From assembly GCF_964204645.1 (NCBI RefSeq), contig NC_134029.1, positions 1,054,001-1,118,000 of the forward strand: DNA of 64,000 nucleotides, in the 5' to 3' direction. The notes beneath the pieces are model-generated. The model was not told where the DNA came from. It searched no databases and worked only from the letters and a program-made list of their open reading frames with translations. Positions 12,801 to 25,581 of the stretch are shown one piece after another (the first letter of the stretch is position 1; every line of letters starts with the position of its first letter). A program made the translations under genes and the position numbers. Source of the DNA: Tubulanus polymorphus. Taxonomy: Eukaryota; Animalia; Nemertea.

Positions 12801-15800
12801 CGCCAGGCAGAACGATACACTGGTCAGAGAAGTGTTGAGTTTCATCTCGGATATGTTGTTTAATGCCAACAAAGTTTCGCAGGTCGCTAGAATGAAACCT
12901 TCTCTGTCGGAATGATACCGCATTTAAGCGCTCTCGGTGATCTTAATTTTCATGGTTTGATTTCAGGATTCTTTGTATGATTATTTTATGAGTACAAGAG
13001 AAGAAAATTTCTTCTTCGCAATCAAGAACAGAATGCATATGTCGGCTATAGCCACAAAAGAGAAGTAAGATAAGCGACTCTTCTACGAAAGTTCGTGATA
13101 TTTCTGGTAGATGACGTTGATGTCACTGAAATTCTTTAATTCATAGGCGGGCGCTACTCTCTCAGCATCGGGCGAGGACCGAGGAAAACATGGCCCACGC
13201 AAAGAGTCTCCAAGCGACCATGACAGCGGGCCGAGTCGCCCTGCAGCGATTACAAAACCTCGAAAATACCAAACGAACGAAGCTACTCAGACAAATCAGT
13301 ATCTTCAACAAATCGCCGGATAAAAAACAACCGAAAAAGGGCATCCACTTGCGAAAATTCAAAAAGTCAAACCGCGCCCAGCTGTACGCGGACAGTGAGA
13401 CAGGTTCTAATGGAATGCTCGTATCAAATGGAAAGACGGGAATTGAAAACAGCGCGATGACGCCTGAGGATTCGATAGAGATGACTGCTATTAAAGTTGA
13501 CACTCAGGTATAGCGAAACAGAAACAGCAGATTGATCCAATAGTTTTGCCAGCAATTTACCTTGATATCTATTGAATTTATCTCGCAGGCTCCACCGGCA
13601 GAAGTAGCTACAGCAGCAGCATCATCCAATCAGCCAAAACCAGAAGATGATCAAGATCTACAATACAGAGATGATGGATATATTCAACTGGTATTAAAGG
13701 TTCTAGCAAGAATTTGTGATGGTCAATTTACTCCTATGCAGGTAAGAGAAATGTATGATTAAACACTTTGTTCATCAAATCAGAAATGTTATCCAAGTAT
13801 CGGAAATGTCATCTTAGTTCTTCGCATATTTTCAGGATTATCTTCGAGAACAGCCTGATAACATCAAATCATTCAATCTGATCGCTGAAACTGTACAATA
13901 CATGTGTCAAGTTTATGCGAATATTAACCCGTCAACGATTGACTTGATAAATCAGTTGTTAGAAAGTCTCAATGAATGCGTTAGTGTAAGTATCACTGGA
14001 AATCATCTAGCTGAAAATATCCAACATTTGAAGCTTATCGTGGTTACAGTTTAATGGTTTATTTTTAGGGAAATGAAGAGAACCGAATCGCTATATTTGA
14101 CAATAAGATCGTCGATTATATAAATTTCATCTTGCGAACTGGACAATTTGCGAAGTGCATGCTTCCTAAAGCTCTCGAACTGCTGGAGAATATCGGAAAT
14201 TTATTGATGAGTTTAATCGAAGAAAATCATCCCGACGCATTAGAGATCGCTAAGGTATAATTCAGCTGACATTTCAGCATCTCAGCGTTTCCCCAAGAAC
14301 CATCTCAGTGTCTGATGTACCACAGGATCGTAGAGCCACAGCCCAACCACTTCCAGGGCTGGGTGAACTCAACGATACTTTCATTTACAACGTTTTCATA
14401 TACATTTGATCTGAATTTCAGGAAGTCGCTGATTGTCTGGATAAAGATGCCTTACTGCGGTTTATGAGTGAATGCTATGTGCTTTCAAGGGTATGATCTG
14501 GACTCTTGTCACCTGTAGTCTGTCTGAGCCTCATAGAGCTATTTACAAAGTTGATGAATCAATTCTTTTTTCAGCCTTCAGAAAAATCCAGTTTTGTCAA
14601 AGCCAAGAAACTACGCGAAAAGGCGCTGAAACAAACTAAAAAGTTGTCGAGTTTGAAAAAACCGGTTGTCGATCAACCCGAAGAACTTCCAACGAATAAA
14701 ATCGTTCTTCCGAAGCGAGACGATGAAATCTTAATGCCAGGAATCAGAGAACACCTCGTTACCGTCGGATTCAAATATTTCTTCTTGTTCCGAAGAATAA
14801 CGGATATAGCACCAAAATATAACAAACGAATCAGTAAGTGACAGTCAAACAGTTACCGAGAGAGTTCATTGCTACATCTGAGTTTACCTTATCTATCGAT
14901 ATTTATAGAACTGACAGAACAACAAGCTATTGCTTACAACTTCTTCGATAAAAACTCGATGTCTGTTGAAATATTGAAAGAAGGCCATTTACAACGAATG
15001 CGTTTCCCGGTTGAAAATAAGGTCAGTGAAATTGACACATGCAGCCAGTTTCACGGTTTCAGGGTTTACAAATTTGATTCTGAGAACTGTAAAACTGTGT
15101 TCTGTATTTGACAGAAGTAGATCTAGTGCCCAATGTAATTGATCGATTGTTTGTTGTTGATGTTATAGAACGTATTACGTGATGAAGTGAAGGAGAAATT
15201 AAAGTGGTCCGTCGATAGATCGAGTCCCAGCAGTAAAATACGTGATTTAATGATCTGGTCTAAAGACATCCTGAAAGATATTTACTATCAGAGAAAGGTT
15301 CTATCAAACAAACTGGCATTCTTCTTCATGAAGTTCTGGTAAGAATAAACTTGACATTTACTACCTTTGAGTTTGTTCCTTTTCGCATGAAAAGTAAGAA
15401 TTCAGCTTTCAAAATGTCGAGTTTTAATAATCCATTGCTGGGAATTCAAGGGGAAATTGTAGACCCAGAACATTTACCCTGCCCAAATGCATGCGCTCCT
15501 ATGAGGAAACTGATATCTATCACAAGTCCTATAAGACACATGTCATATAGAAACTATAAGTGTTTTTTGTTAATAGGTTGTTGTGGAATTATATGTGTAT
15601 ATTCATGAGTTTATGCATAAACATAATGATGCTCGTAACGTGGAACGCGAAAGCAACGATTGATGAAACACCGGAGAATGCAACTTCATTACCGGTCGGA
15701 CTTTACGAGTAAGTGGTATATACCTCACTCACACTGCTTAATAGTTCCATGAATCTTGGAGTAATCATGTGATCACTCCAATTAAGCATTATCGACTGAG

Positions 15801-18800
15801 ATTTGAAGCAGTTTCACAGTTAACTCACCAACAGAATTCATCTTCCTCACAGAAATCTGATTAACACTGTATGATTTTTTCAGTCCTCGGCCGCTGATAA
15901 ACTTCAAGTATTACATGGTGACACTTTATGCATTTGCTGGAATTCACAATGTGTTATCATTGTTTGTTGTGATCAGTTACTTTTTGCTCAATCATCCGTT
16001 GTTTCCAACATTCTCGTGGTTACGGTAAGTTGATTTTCACATTTTGCGGCCGATCCGTGAAGCAACTGAGCCTCGGTTTCTGTACGGTTTCTCTCTGATT
16101 ATTTTAGAAAATGCTGCTGTAAAAGAACTGACGACGAAGCTCGAAATGTTCAAGAAACTCAGAGCAAAAAGATGAAAAAGAAATCGAAACTTGACACTCA
16201 ATTCCTGAGTTTCAAAACTCTGTATTACTTGGTAAGTATAATGGAGACATCAGGTGATGGTCTCAGGTCTTAGAATCCAGAACATGATTTCATTTTCTGA
16301 ATTGTCTATTTTCAAACAGTTATATCTGAGTCATTTGAGTTAAAGCGTTTTTGATAATTCTGTATATAATAGATCGCTGGTTGATTCGTAAGTATCTGAT
16401 AATTACTGCAGTATTACGTAGATCTATTTCTATCTGGGAAATTAAGGGTTTATGTTAAGGTGGAAGAAAGCTATAACGTTCGTACTATATGAATAGTTAT
16501 AAGCTGGAAATGCTTGTTCTCAGAGTGGTGAATATGGGACTGAATTTATATCTTACGTATTCTAACTCTCAAAGCTGATATGGAACGGTGGTGTTGTAGG
16601 ATACGCGTGATGGGTTCTTTCAGTATTAGCCTCTAAGTTTGATCTTTTATTCCTTCTCATGTGATATATTTATGTTTGTAGGTATTCCTTGGTTTCTCGA
16701 TAGCTGGAACGGCGTTCAGTGAATATTTCTTCTGTTTTCACTTACTAAACATTGTCAACAACAATCAACTTCTTGCTAGAGTTATTTCGGCAGTGACTCT
16801 GAACGGTCGGTACCAATAACTCCATTCCTCTCATTGAGAATACATCTAAATTCTGTACTGTTTTTCTGTTGAATATTTCAGGTAAATCTCTGTTATGGGT
16901 CGGAGTTCTCGGAATTGTGATATTTTATATCTACGCGCTAATAGCGTTTGCATTTTTCCGTTCACTCTTCAACCCTGCTGATAACTGGTACTGTAAAAAC
17001 TTGTTCCAGTGTTCAATCACTATTATCAGATACGGACTCGTCGGAGACATGTTTGAGGTCACTATTACAGCTTTTTCCTCATCGTCTTGTCCCGGTTGCC
17101 TAATCACGGTTTTCTGAATGGTTTTATTCTCTGTTTTAGAATATGCCTATAACGGACAGTGAAAAGTACTTTGCTCGGTTTGGAATGTACGTGATTTTCA
17201 ACATTTCATTCTTCATATTCATTACGACAATCGGATTGAACATAATCTTCGGTATAATTGTCGACACATTCTCAGAACTGAGAGATTTGAAGGTAAGAAT
17301 TCATAAAATGAAGCGACAGAGAGAAGACAGTGAAGAGGATGGACTGATGATATATGTTTCTATATTGCAGTGGACTGCAGAACGCGATATGAGAGACAGC
17401 TGTTTTGTTTGTAGTCGCAGTAGTTATGACTTTGAACATTATGGAAAGGTAAGCATTGAGAAAACTGTATCTGTATTAAAACTTTGTCCCTTTTTGGGGA
17501 AAATAAGCAATTGCTCAAAATATGCAATGTAACAGCTTTTTGGATCAGAATCGTTCAGGGGCAATTGCATATAGCCATGGCTTGAGCCCAACAGTGGTCA
17601 TGTGGTATAGGTTATGAGCTTGGCTAACCAAGATTGGTGGACTGGTCTTAAATTTAAGTCATGACTGTGCAACTGGCTCCTGGATACTCACGTGCTTTAG
17701 GCTGAAGCCTCAGCAGATGCCTATGTAATTACCTAATGTTCATGGATGTTTGGTTTATTCCTAGGGATTTCAACATCACATCAGACATGAACACAATATG
17801 TGGGCGTATATATTCTTCTTTATTCACCTGGCTGACACTAAACCAACCGATTATACCGCTTTAGAGTTATACGTCTATAAACTGGTTAGTCTACCAACAC
17901 TTACAATGCATGACACAACTCTTAACGAATTGATTGTCACAAACATTTCACTTTCAGCTTGAAAAAGAAAACTATGATTTCTTTCCGCTGAATCGAGCTT
18001 TGTGTTTGACCGATATGGAAAACGATCAACAAGAAACAAAATTCGATGAATTATTGCATTACGTGTCGTCTATATTTCATAAACAAAAGGAAGAGGTAAA
18101 ACTTGTTAGCGAAACCCTTTACTAACCAGTCTGGCTGTGTATAGCCCAACATAAACTGGCAAAGGGGCATTGTCGTTGTTGCACTTAGCTCACAAAAGCC
18201 CCCTAATAAACAGCCCCGCTCACGACAGCAGCAGCAGTGGAATACCATAAGATTCAAAATAACGAGTTTTTTTCTTTTCTCTTTTTAGGAGCTGAAAAAG
18301 AAACACGAAGCTGAACGATTGAAACAAGAGAAATGGGAAGAAGAGCATCGTCTGATCTTCTACAACAATACCGCTGGCGGTAACCATAGCGATTATCATT
18401 TATCGGCGTCAGTGGACGAACACGTGTCGTTACCGCTTCCTCCTCCGCCTCCTCCGGTGATGATGATAATGACATCGGATGATGATGGTGATGATGAAGT
18501 TGACGGGAAACCGAAAGCTGCCCATATTGAGATTTCGTACGACGACGGGAATGAATCGTTAGATCCGTACAAACCGGAACCGAAATATGATTCATCTGAT
18601 TCCGACGAGGATCAGGAGGGGCTTCATGAACTCGGGGTAACGCCACCTGGTGGTGGTGTAGCTGCGCCTGCTGCAGACGACCAGATACCTGCTGCAGCTG
18701 CTGCTGATGTTTATTCAGAAACGACCGGTCCGGCTAGTAGTACTCCCGATATCCACGCAGCTGATTCAGATTCTGATTCAGATTCTGATTCAGATGTGCG

Positions 18801-18894
18801 GAGTGATCAAACTCAAAGTACGTTCTCTTTAGCGACGGAAGACGCTGAAATAGATCCGAATGAACTTCCAATCGGGCAACAAACTAAACTATAA
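824..18894 (+). CDS. ITPR: Divergent inositol 1,4,5-trisphosphate receptor-like Ca2+-release channel (multi-exon, 5' end outside window)
   Basis: GT-AG exons join in frame, e.g. 824-904 ([13 protein letters not shown]), 1629-1726, 2072-2159, 2554-2641 ([11 protein letters not shown]), 2749-2859, 3528-3673 ([17 protein letters not shown]), 4620-4886 (KRQKLLRN...[10 protein letters not shown]), 5218-5340, 10274-10461 ([11 protein letters not shown]), the RIH-associated [18 protein letters not shown]5 plus pore exon 16882-17057, TM6 [19 protein letters not shown], Zn-finger CFVC...[11 protein letters not shown], and last exon 18289-18894. These match IP3R family motifs. Confidence 0.93.
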
Positions 18895-19994
18895 ACTGAG
18901 GAGAATCCGCAACTCATCCAGCTTCATAGCGTTTCGGTATTAAAATATTGAAAACGAACTGATTTTTAGGAGTCAAACTGAACCGAACTATCTGGAACTG
19001 GAGCGAGGTTCATGAAGTATATATACATATGCAAATTCAACTATTCGTGTCCCTCCCACCATCTATATTTGCATATGTACCAGTATTTGAAGGTTGTCTG
19101 TAGTTCATCTCAAAGATGACTCGATTATTATAGACTTTCACTTTAGCGAAGTCCATTTTGCTATCGCACATGAAACGTTCTTCATTTTATAAAAAATAAC
19201 TTCCGAACGAAGCTTAGTTTCTCTTCGGAACTTGAAAAACATTCAATGCAGTAATAAAATCTATCCCTATTGAATTTCATCGGAATGCGTTGCTTATTTA
19301 TCAATTTAGTAATTTATTTGTCTTTGAACTACATTTTGTTTCGGAAGAATACATGCACCGTCACGTATATTCATGCTTCACACACGTGCGCGCACATAAG
19401 ACTTATCATCCTCCCCCGCAGGGACTCGAACCTGATAGCGTCGAGATTGCCACGAGTCGTTTTTTAGTCATGCATAGTTTTAGTTTTGAAAATAATGTAT
19501 TATAGTCACAACAACGTAGTATGATGATGACAGTTTGTGTACCATTGCAATCGAATATAATAAAATCGCACATTTATTAAAAAAAATTAAAACTTAGCTT
19601 TATTCGCCGCAACTACGTTCAGTCAGGATAGCCGTAAACTGGAGCTGGTTGCTCGAAGTAGTTCCGTTAATAATTCCATGTTTGAAGTAAGTTTTGTGGA
19701 ACTCTGATATGAGCCCCTGTGGAATAAAAAATACCATTGGGATCCATGGGTGAAACCGATTGGTCAACACCAACGGCCATGAACCAGTTTCATAACTCTT
19801 AAATTCGATTTAATGTCTTCATTAATTCAGTTTATATTAAATCGATTTATATTAAATCGATTTAGGCCTTAGAGTTGTTAAATTAAACTTAACTCAACGA
19901 ATGACAAATTTCAAAATCATATTTATTCTCATACAACAATTATACGAAATGCCAGGAGTGCTCGAGGAATTATAATGTAAGCTCCTCAAACACG

Positions 19995-20179
19995 TGGACT
20001 TTCAAAAAACAACTAGTCCAACCACCATAGGCGTATAAACTATAAACTTTAAACAAGAGTTTATACGCCCATGGTCCAACCATAGACTCTAAAACCAAAA
20101 AGTCTATGGCCCAACCATGGACGCAATAGTCCATGGCCCCCGCACTAAAACCAGAGATAAACCTGGCCAAATACTCTGG
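19995..20179. other. Array of five consecutive stem-loops
   Basis: Inverted repeats at 19995-20020 (6 bp), 20025-20074 (17 bp, one mismatch), 20080-20109 (9 bp), 20115-20136 (8 bp) and 20151-20179. The first four are separated by 4-5-nt ACCA/YCCAA linkers. Confidence 0.75.
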
Positions 20180-20527
20180 AAAGCGTTGGATTAAGTAATC
20201 AATCTTATAATAATTTACATTTTTTACATCATTTTATTTTCACATATCAATTTATTAACTTTTAGCTTATTTTTCACAAATTTCAATAGTAATTTTATTT
20301 CTATTACTATATATGTAATTGTGCTAACTTTAAAACCACAACAAAAGTTACATGTAAGGTATTTATCTAAGTCTTTATCTACGATACATTTCCACTACAG
20401 CTGATGATGCAATGATTTAAAGAAGATATCCTGTAATGACAAATATTTCATTTGGAATTTATCATAACAATTTCCATCAAAAATGAACTTACATTTCAAG
20501 TTTGCTGGGTTCAGTATCGGTTCTTTC

Positions 20528-20835
20528 TTTCTGCCTTTTTCAAAACATCTAGTATATCTATATTAGAAGATTAACTTTTTTCTGCCTATTTCAATATATC
20601 TAGATTTTGGATATCTATATTAGAAGATTAACTTTTTTTCTGCCTATTTGAATACATCTAGATTTTGGATATCTATATTACAAGGTTAACTTTTTTTTCT
20701 GCCTATTTGAATACATCTAGATTTTGGATATCTATATTACAAGGTTAACTTTTTTTCTGCCTATTTCAAAACATCTGGATTTTGGATATCTATATTGCAA
20801 GGTTAACTGTTTTCTGCCTATTTCAAATCATCTAG
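20528..20835. repeat. ~60-bp minisatellite, ~5 copies
   Basis: Unit TTTTTTCTGCCTATTTxAAxACATCTAGATTTTGGATATCTATATTAxAAGxTTAAC repeated in tandem. Confidence 0.9.
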
Positions 20836-22907
20836 CGTCTTAGTCTTCTAGATATCTAAAGCAATCCGTTAATTAGTAATCATACTAGCTACATTTTAAT
20901 TGTCAGTTGAATTCATCACTATTTGAATTCATCAGAAATTAAGATAGAAGCACATTTAAGTGCTAAATTAGAAATTCCCTTAAAGCCGAATTGCTATATA
21001 ATTTTTATTTCCCTTTTACAGTACACTGTGTATAAGGACCGAAAGACCTTGTTATGACTGGACCTCCCTGGTGCGGTGCAAGTCATGATGCTTGAATATA
21101 GATTGAAGGAGAGGGGTTAGTAAAAGATAGCTATTAGCAAGAGGAATAAGACCTAAGTTTAGGACATCCTGTCAAAATAAGGCTCTCAATCTGACATACA
21201 CAGTGAAATTGAAATATTCCCCCTTCCAAATTCAGGAATGTATTTTGCACAGATTTGTTTTATCTCCCTTCGATCGGAGGTAAATCTGCGTTAAATGATT
21301 TTGGCAATATGTATCAAAACTAATACAGCTGTATGACAACACAATAGGTTCACTTTAGATACAGATAAATAAATGTGCTCAGATACACATGTATCAGCTT
21401 TAAATGTCCATGGACCTGAATTAAAAGATAATTTTACATAACATATTGAATTTACCTTAATCGTAGATATCTAAGTAATACGTTAATGAGTAAATCATCT
21501 TAGATTCTAATTGTCAGTTAAACAATATCTATTATGCGTCACTTGACACACAGTAATGCTTTTATTTGAATCAGTTAGGTTTTGGTAAATTTTGGCAATA
21601 TTGAAGCGCACGAACAGTCGCGGTAAGCACGGCAGTTGGAGATGTAAATACTGATCAGTCGATGAGACTGATTCATATATCAGCTATGTTTAAATTTTTA
21701 GTTTAATGACATTTATATTATGGACCTGTATTATGTACCGTATAAATAGTTTTTGATCATAGAAATATTGAATTCATCTATTATTGAATATCAAATTTTT
21801 ACATCTACAAATCAGCAAATAGTTAATATTTGTACATCAACACTGGTCTAACGTTATGTTCTATGTTTCCTAACTATGTGATATCTACACGGACAAATAG
21901 CCACAGTTGACTATGTTTAACTATGGTAAGTTGGAAGATTAAACTCACAATTCATGTTGAAACTATATCTCAGTTTAGGTTAACTCAACAGACCTATGAG
22001 TCCAAACAAGGCACTCAACACAACCATTTACCCCTAGTGACAAACCTAACTTGTCTTATCTATCGACCAAGGATCGAAGACCAAAATCGTGCATTAATGG
22101 AGCTTAGCTTTTATTCGACTCTCACATTGCATAAACATTATCAAATAGTTTCCTCGAGAACACTATATCATCCATCAGACTGGTTTGAAAAAGGTGATAA
22201 GCAAAAAAATCAATACTTTACTACAGAAGTCCACTATTGTCTTCGCCGCTCCTGGATCTCAGTGTTTATAACATGCACTATTATCTATGCTGCTCCTAAT
22301 AAGATACACTATTGTCTTTGCTGCTTTTAAAACAGTGTTTATCCTGAATCAGTGTTCATGAGATAATCCATTAGCTTTGTCGCTTGAATCAGTGTTTATA
22401 AGATTCACTATTGTCTCTGCTGCTCCTGATATTTAATGTTTTATAGAAATCAACCGCCGATTGTAGAAGAATCCATCATTGAGTGATTAATCCGTTGCTG
22501 GTTCCTCAACTTTTCATCTGGGCTTCTGCAGTTTCCATCAGCAAATGGGTCGATCAGTATTCATCTACTTGTAAGTGTCTTCTTCAGGCCAATTTTTCCG
22601 AGATGTAGTTTGGCTGAAACAAAGTGAAGAAAGCAAAACATTTCAGACAGATTTATCATAATTTACATGTCATTTAAAATTACAAGCCACCCTGTTTTTC
22701 ACAAAGTAAAATTCATTGACGTCAATTGCTGATTTAAACCCCAATAATTAATTGCAGTAGTAGGACTAGTTCATCACTGTTTAAGACTAGTGAAGATAAA
22801 AGCCATGTGGACCGGTAAATAGATTTTGATGATAGCCACTTATGAAATGATGTTCATATGAGGACTGAAATTTCTATATACAGGTAATTTCATGTATATC
22901 AATTTAC

Positions 22908-24244
22908 CTTTAAAGATTGCTGGGTTCAGTTCTGGTCTTTTCTGTGCACCGTTCCAGTTTGTAGATTTTGGACGAGTAGTTGATCTCAAGCTGGGTTTTT
23001 TCTTATAGTTGAAATTCAGCTGCAATGATTAAAAGAAGATATCCAGTAATGACAAAATATTTAATTTAGAATTTATCATAATAATTTCCATAAAAAATCG
23101 ACTTACATTTCAAGTTTGCTGGGTTCAGTATCGGTTAGAACAATTGGTTGATGCATTTGATTCAAGCTTGGATTGTTCATTGGGCGGAGCTTATCTGTAG
23201 ATATTTGATGAGTCGTTGATTTAAAGCTGGGCAGTTAGATAGGATTTAGCTGAAATGAGCAAACAAAGATATCCTGTAATGACAAAATATTTCATTTAGA
23301 ATTTATCGACATAAATCCACATATATCCAGTTACCTTTTATGCTTGGGTCGTTATCAGCGATTATCTTATTAGTTTGTTAGTTAGTTGGCCTCATCTGTG
23401 CGCTGTTCCAGTTGGTCAATTTTGGAAGATTAGTTGATCTCAAGCTGGGTTTTTCTCATAGTTGAAATTTAGCTGCAATGATTAAAAGAAGATATCCTGT
23501 AATTACAAAATATTTCATTTAGAATTTATTGAAATAATTTCATGTATATTAAGTTACCTTTAATGATTGCTTGGTCCATAATCGGCGTGGATCATCTTAA
23601 GTTTGTTTGTTGATAAATTGGATTCTAGTTGGCCTCATCTGTGCACTGTTCCAGTTGGTCGATTTTGGATGAGTAGTTGATCTCAAGCTGGGTTTTTTCT
23701 TATAGTTGAAATTTAGCTGCAATGATTAAAAGAAGATATCCTGTAATGAAAAAATATTTCATTTAGAATTTATCGAAATAATTCCATGTATATCAAGTTA
23801 CCTTTAATGATTGCTTGGTTATCGGGGATTATCCTATTAGTTGGTTAGTTAGTTGGCCTCATCTGTGCCCTGTTCCAGTTGGTCGATTTTGGACGAGTAG
23901 TTGATCTCAAACTGGGTTTTTCTCATTGTTGAAATTTAGCTGCAATGATTAAAAGAAGATATCCTGTAATGACAAAATATTTCATTTAGAATTTATCGAA
24001 ATAATTCCATGTATATCAAGTTACCTTTAATGATTGCTTGGTTATCGGGGATTATCCTATTAGTTGGTTAGTTAGTTGGCCTCATCTGTGCCCTGTTCCA
24101 GTTGGTCGATTTTGGAGTAGTTGATCTCAAGCTGGGTTTTTTTCTTATAGTTGAAATTTAGCTGCAATGATTAAAAGAAGATATCCTGTAATGACAAAAT
24201 ATTTCATTTAGAATTTATCATAATAATTTCCATAAATAATATAC
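22908..24244 (-). repeat. Tandem array of ~220-245-bp exon+intron modules (probable spliced non-coding RNA or decayed repeat-protein gene)
   Basis: Six homologous 83-87-nt minus-strand GT..AG segments lie at 23020-23106, 23250-23334, 23473-23557, 23717-23801, 23940-24024 and 24162-24244. They are separated by related 112-159-nt exon-like blocks. Related copies occur at ~20400-20522 and ~24870-25030. Confidence 0.85.
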
Positions 24245-24319
24245 CTAGAATAGCCTACTCGGTTATATTCGTAACACCGAACAAATTATAAGCGAACATA
24301 CGATACCTAGTCAAATGAA

Positions 24320-24495
24320 ATGCTCGCCATTTTGTTTTGGGTTCCACATTGGGTTTTCCCAATGGGCTTTCCCAATTACATCAGAAATTCCCGGAATTTC
24401 CAACAAACAGCCAATCACATTCAATGTAGCTCAGGTAATGAGGTCAACTCAGATAAACAGAAGCGAGAAAATTTAGGGGGTTTATAAAGTGAGGA
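24320..24495. promoter_or_regulatory. Candidate bidirectional promoter with clustered NF-kB-like sites
   Basis: GGGTTTTCCC 24351-24360, GGGCTTTCCC 24364-24373, GAAATTCCC/GGAATTTCC 24384-24401, CCAAT 24411, TATAAA 24483-24488 (+), YY1-like CGCCATTTT ~24325. Confidence 0.45.
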
Positions 24496-25581
24496 CCCGT
24501 AGGTCGAAAAGTACATCGAGATGAGTCGCACAAAAAACGGCAACACTTCCAGGTAGGATTGAACTTTTATATCTTTCAATTCCAAGTATGCAAATTCTCA
24601 TGTATGAAAACGTGCCATTACTTAGTGCTAAAAAGCAGGGTTTTTACGTGTTTTTCAAGAATAATTCCCCTAAAAATAACTTGATCACTATGAAATTTTG
24701 TGGGCTCGAGAACTCATTATAAGCCAAACAATGACACCAAAAATCAACACTATTGGTTCAACAGCCAATGTTTGTGCCTTGTTGACACACCGGTACTCTA
24801 TTCATTTTCAATGAAAACTGCTTCTTCAGACCATTTGCATAGGCGAACCTACGGTTCACCAAAAATCAACTCACATTTCACGTTTGCTGGGTTTAGTATC
24901 GGTTAAAATGTTCTAAGTTCGTATCAAATATCAAATTACCTTTTATGATGGCTGGGTTCATTATCGGAGGATCTCCTAAGTTGGTTGGTTGAGTTTCATC
25001 CAAATTGGACCCTTCTGTGCACTGTCCTCTAATCGGCAGATCTTAGTTGATGAGCTCGCGTTTGACTTTTGAGTTGGTGTCCCTTACGATCGTGACACAC
25101 CTGCCAGGAGCGAAACAGGCGGAAATCGAAGTACAGATATAGTTGTGTGATCGTCAGTCGAATCTACATCATTTTTTTTCGATAATTTTACAATATTTGG
25201 TCTTTTTTTTCATATAAGTAGTCCGAAAGTTTACAAGGATGAAGATAATTTTGTCTAATTTTTTTTTGGAAATCGAAGTACAGATATAGTTGCGTGATCG
25301 TCGGTCGATTTTACTTAATCTTTTTTCAAAATCGAAGTACTTCTTTGTCTTCTTGGGTGTCGTCGAAGCTGAAATTGAGTATAAGAAAAAACATTTTGTA
25401 GTCACACATTTCTTCATCATTAATCCTAATTTATATGTGAATCAACTTAACTTTCAAGATTGCGGAGTTCACTATTCTTTTTTCGGCATCTTCTGTAGTC
25501 GCCTTCTACCATCTTCTTCTTCTTCAACTTCTTGGGAGTCCTGAAATGAAAAAAAAGAGAAGAGCGATGAAAACCTGGTAC

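Noticed and set aside
19970-20170. 66-aa minus-strand ORF
   Set aside because: Non-ATG start and no recognisable homology. The sequence is better explained by the hairpin array.
22450-22614. In-frame TGA in a minus-strand exon (readthrough or selenocysteine)
   Set aside because: Upstream exons are closed in all frames, and I found no SECIS element or homology.
24521-24552. MSRTKNGNTS resembling a histone H3 N-terminus
   Set aside because: Only 4-5 residues of resemblance, and no histone-fold exon follows.
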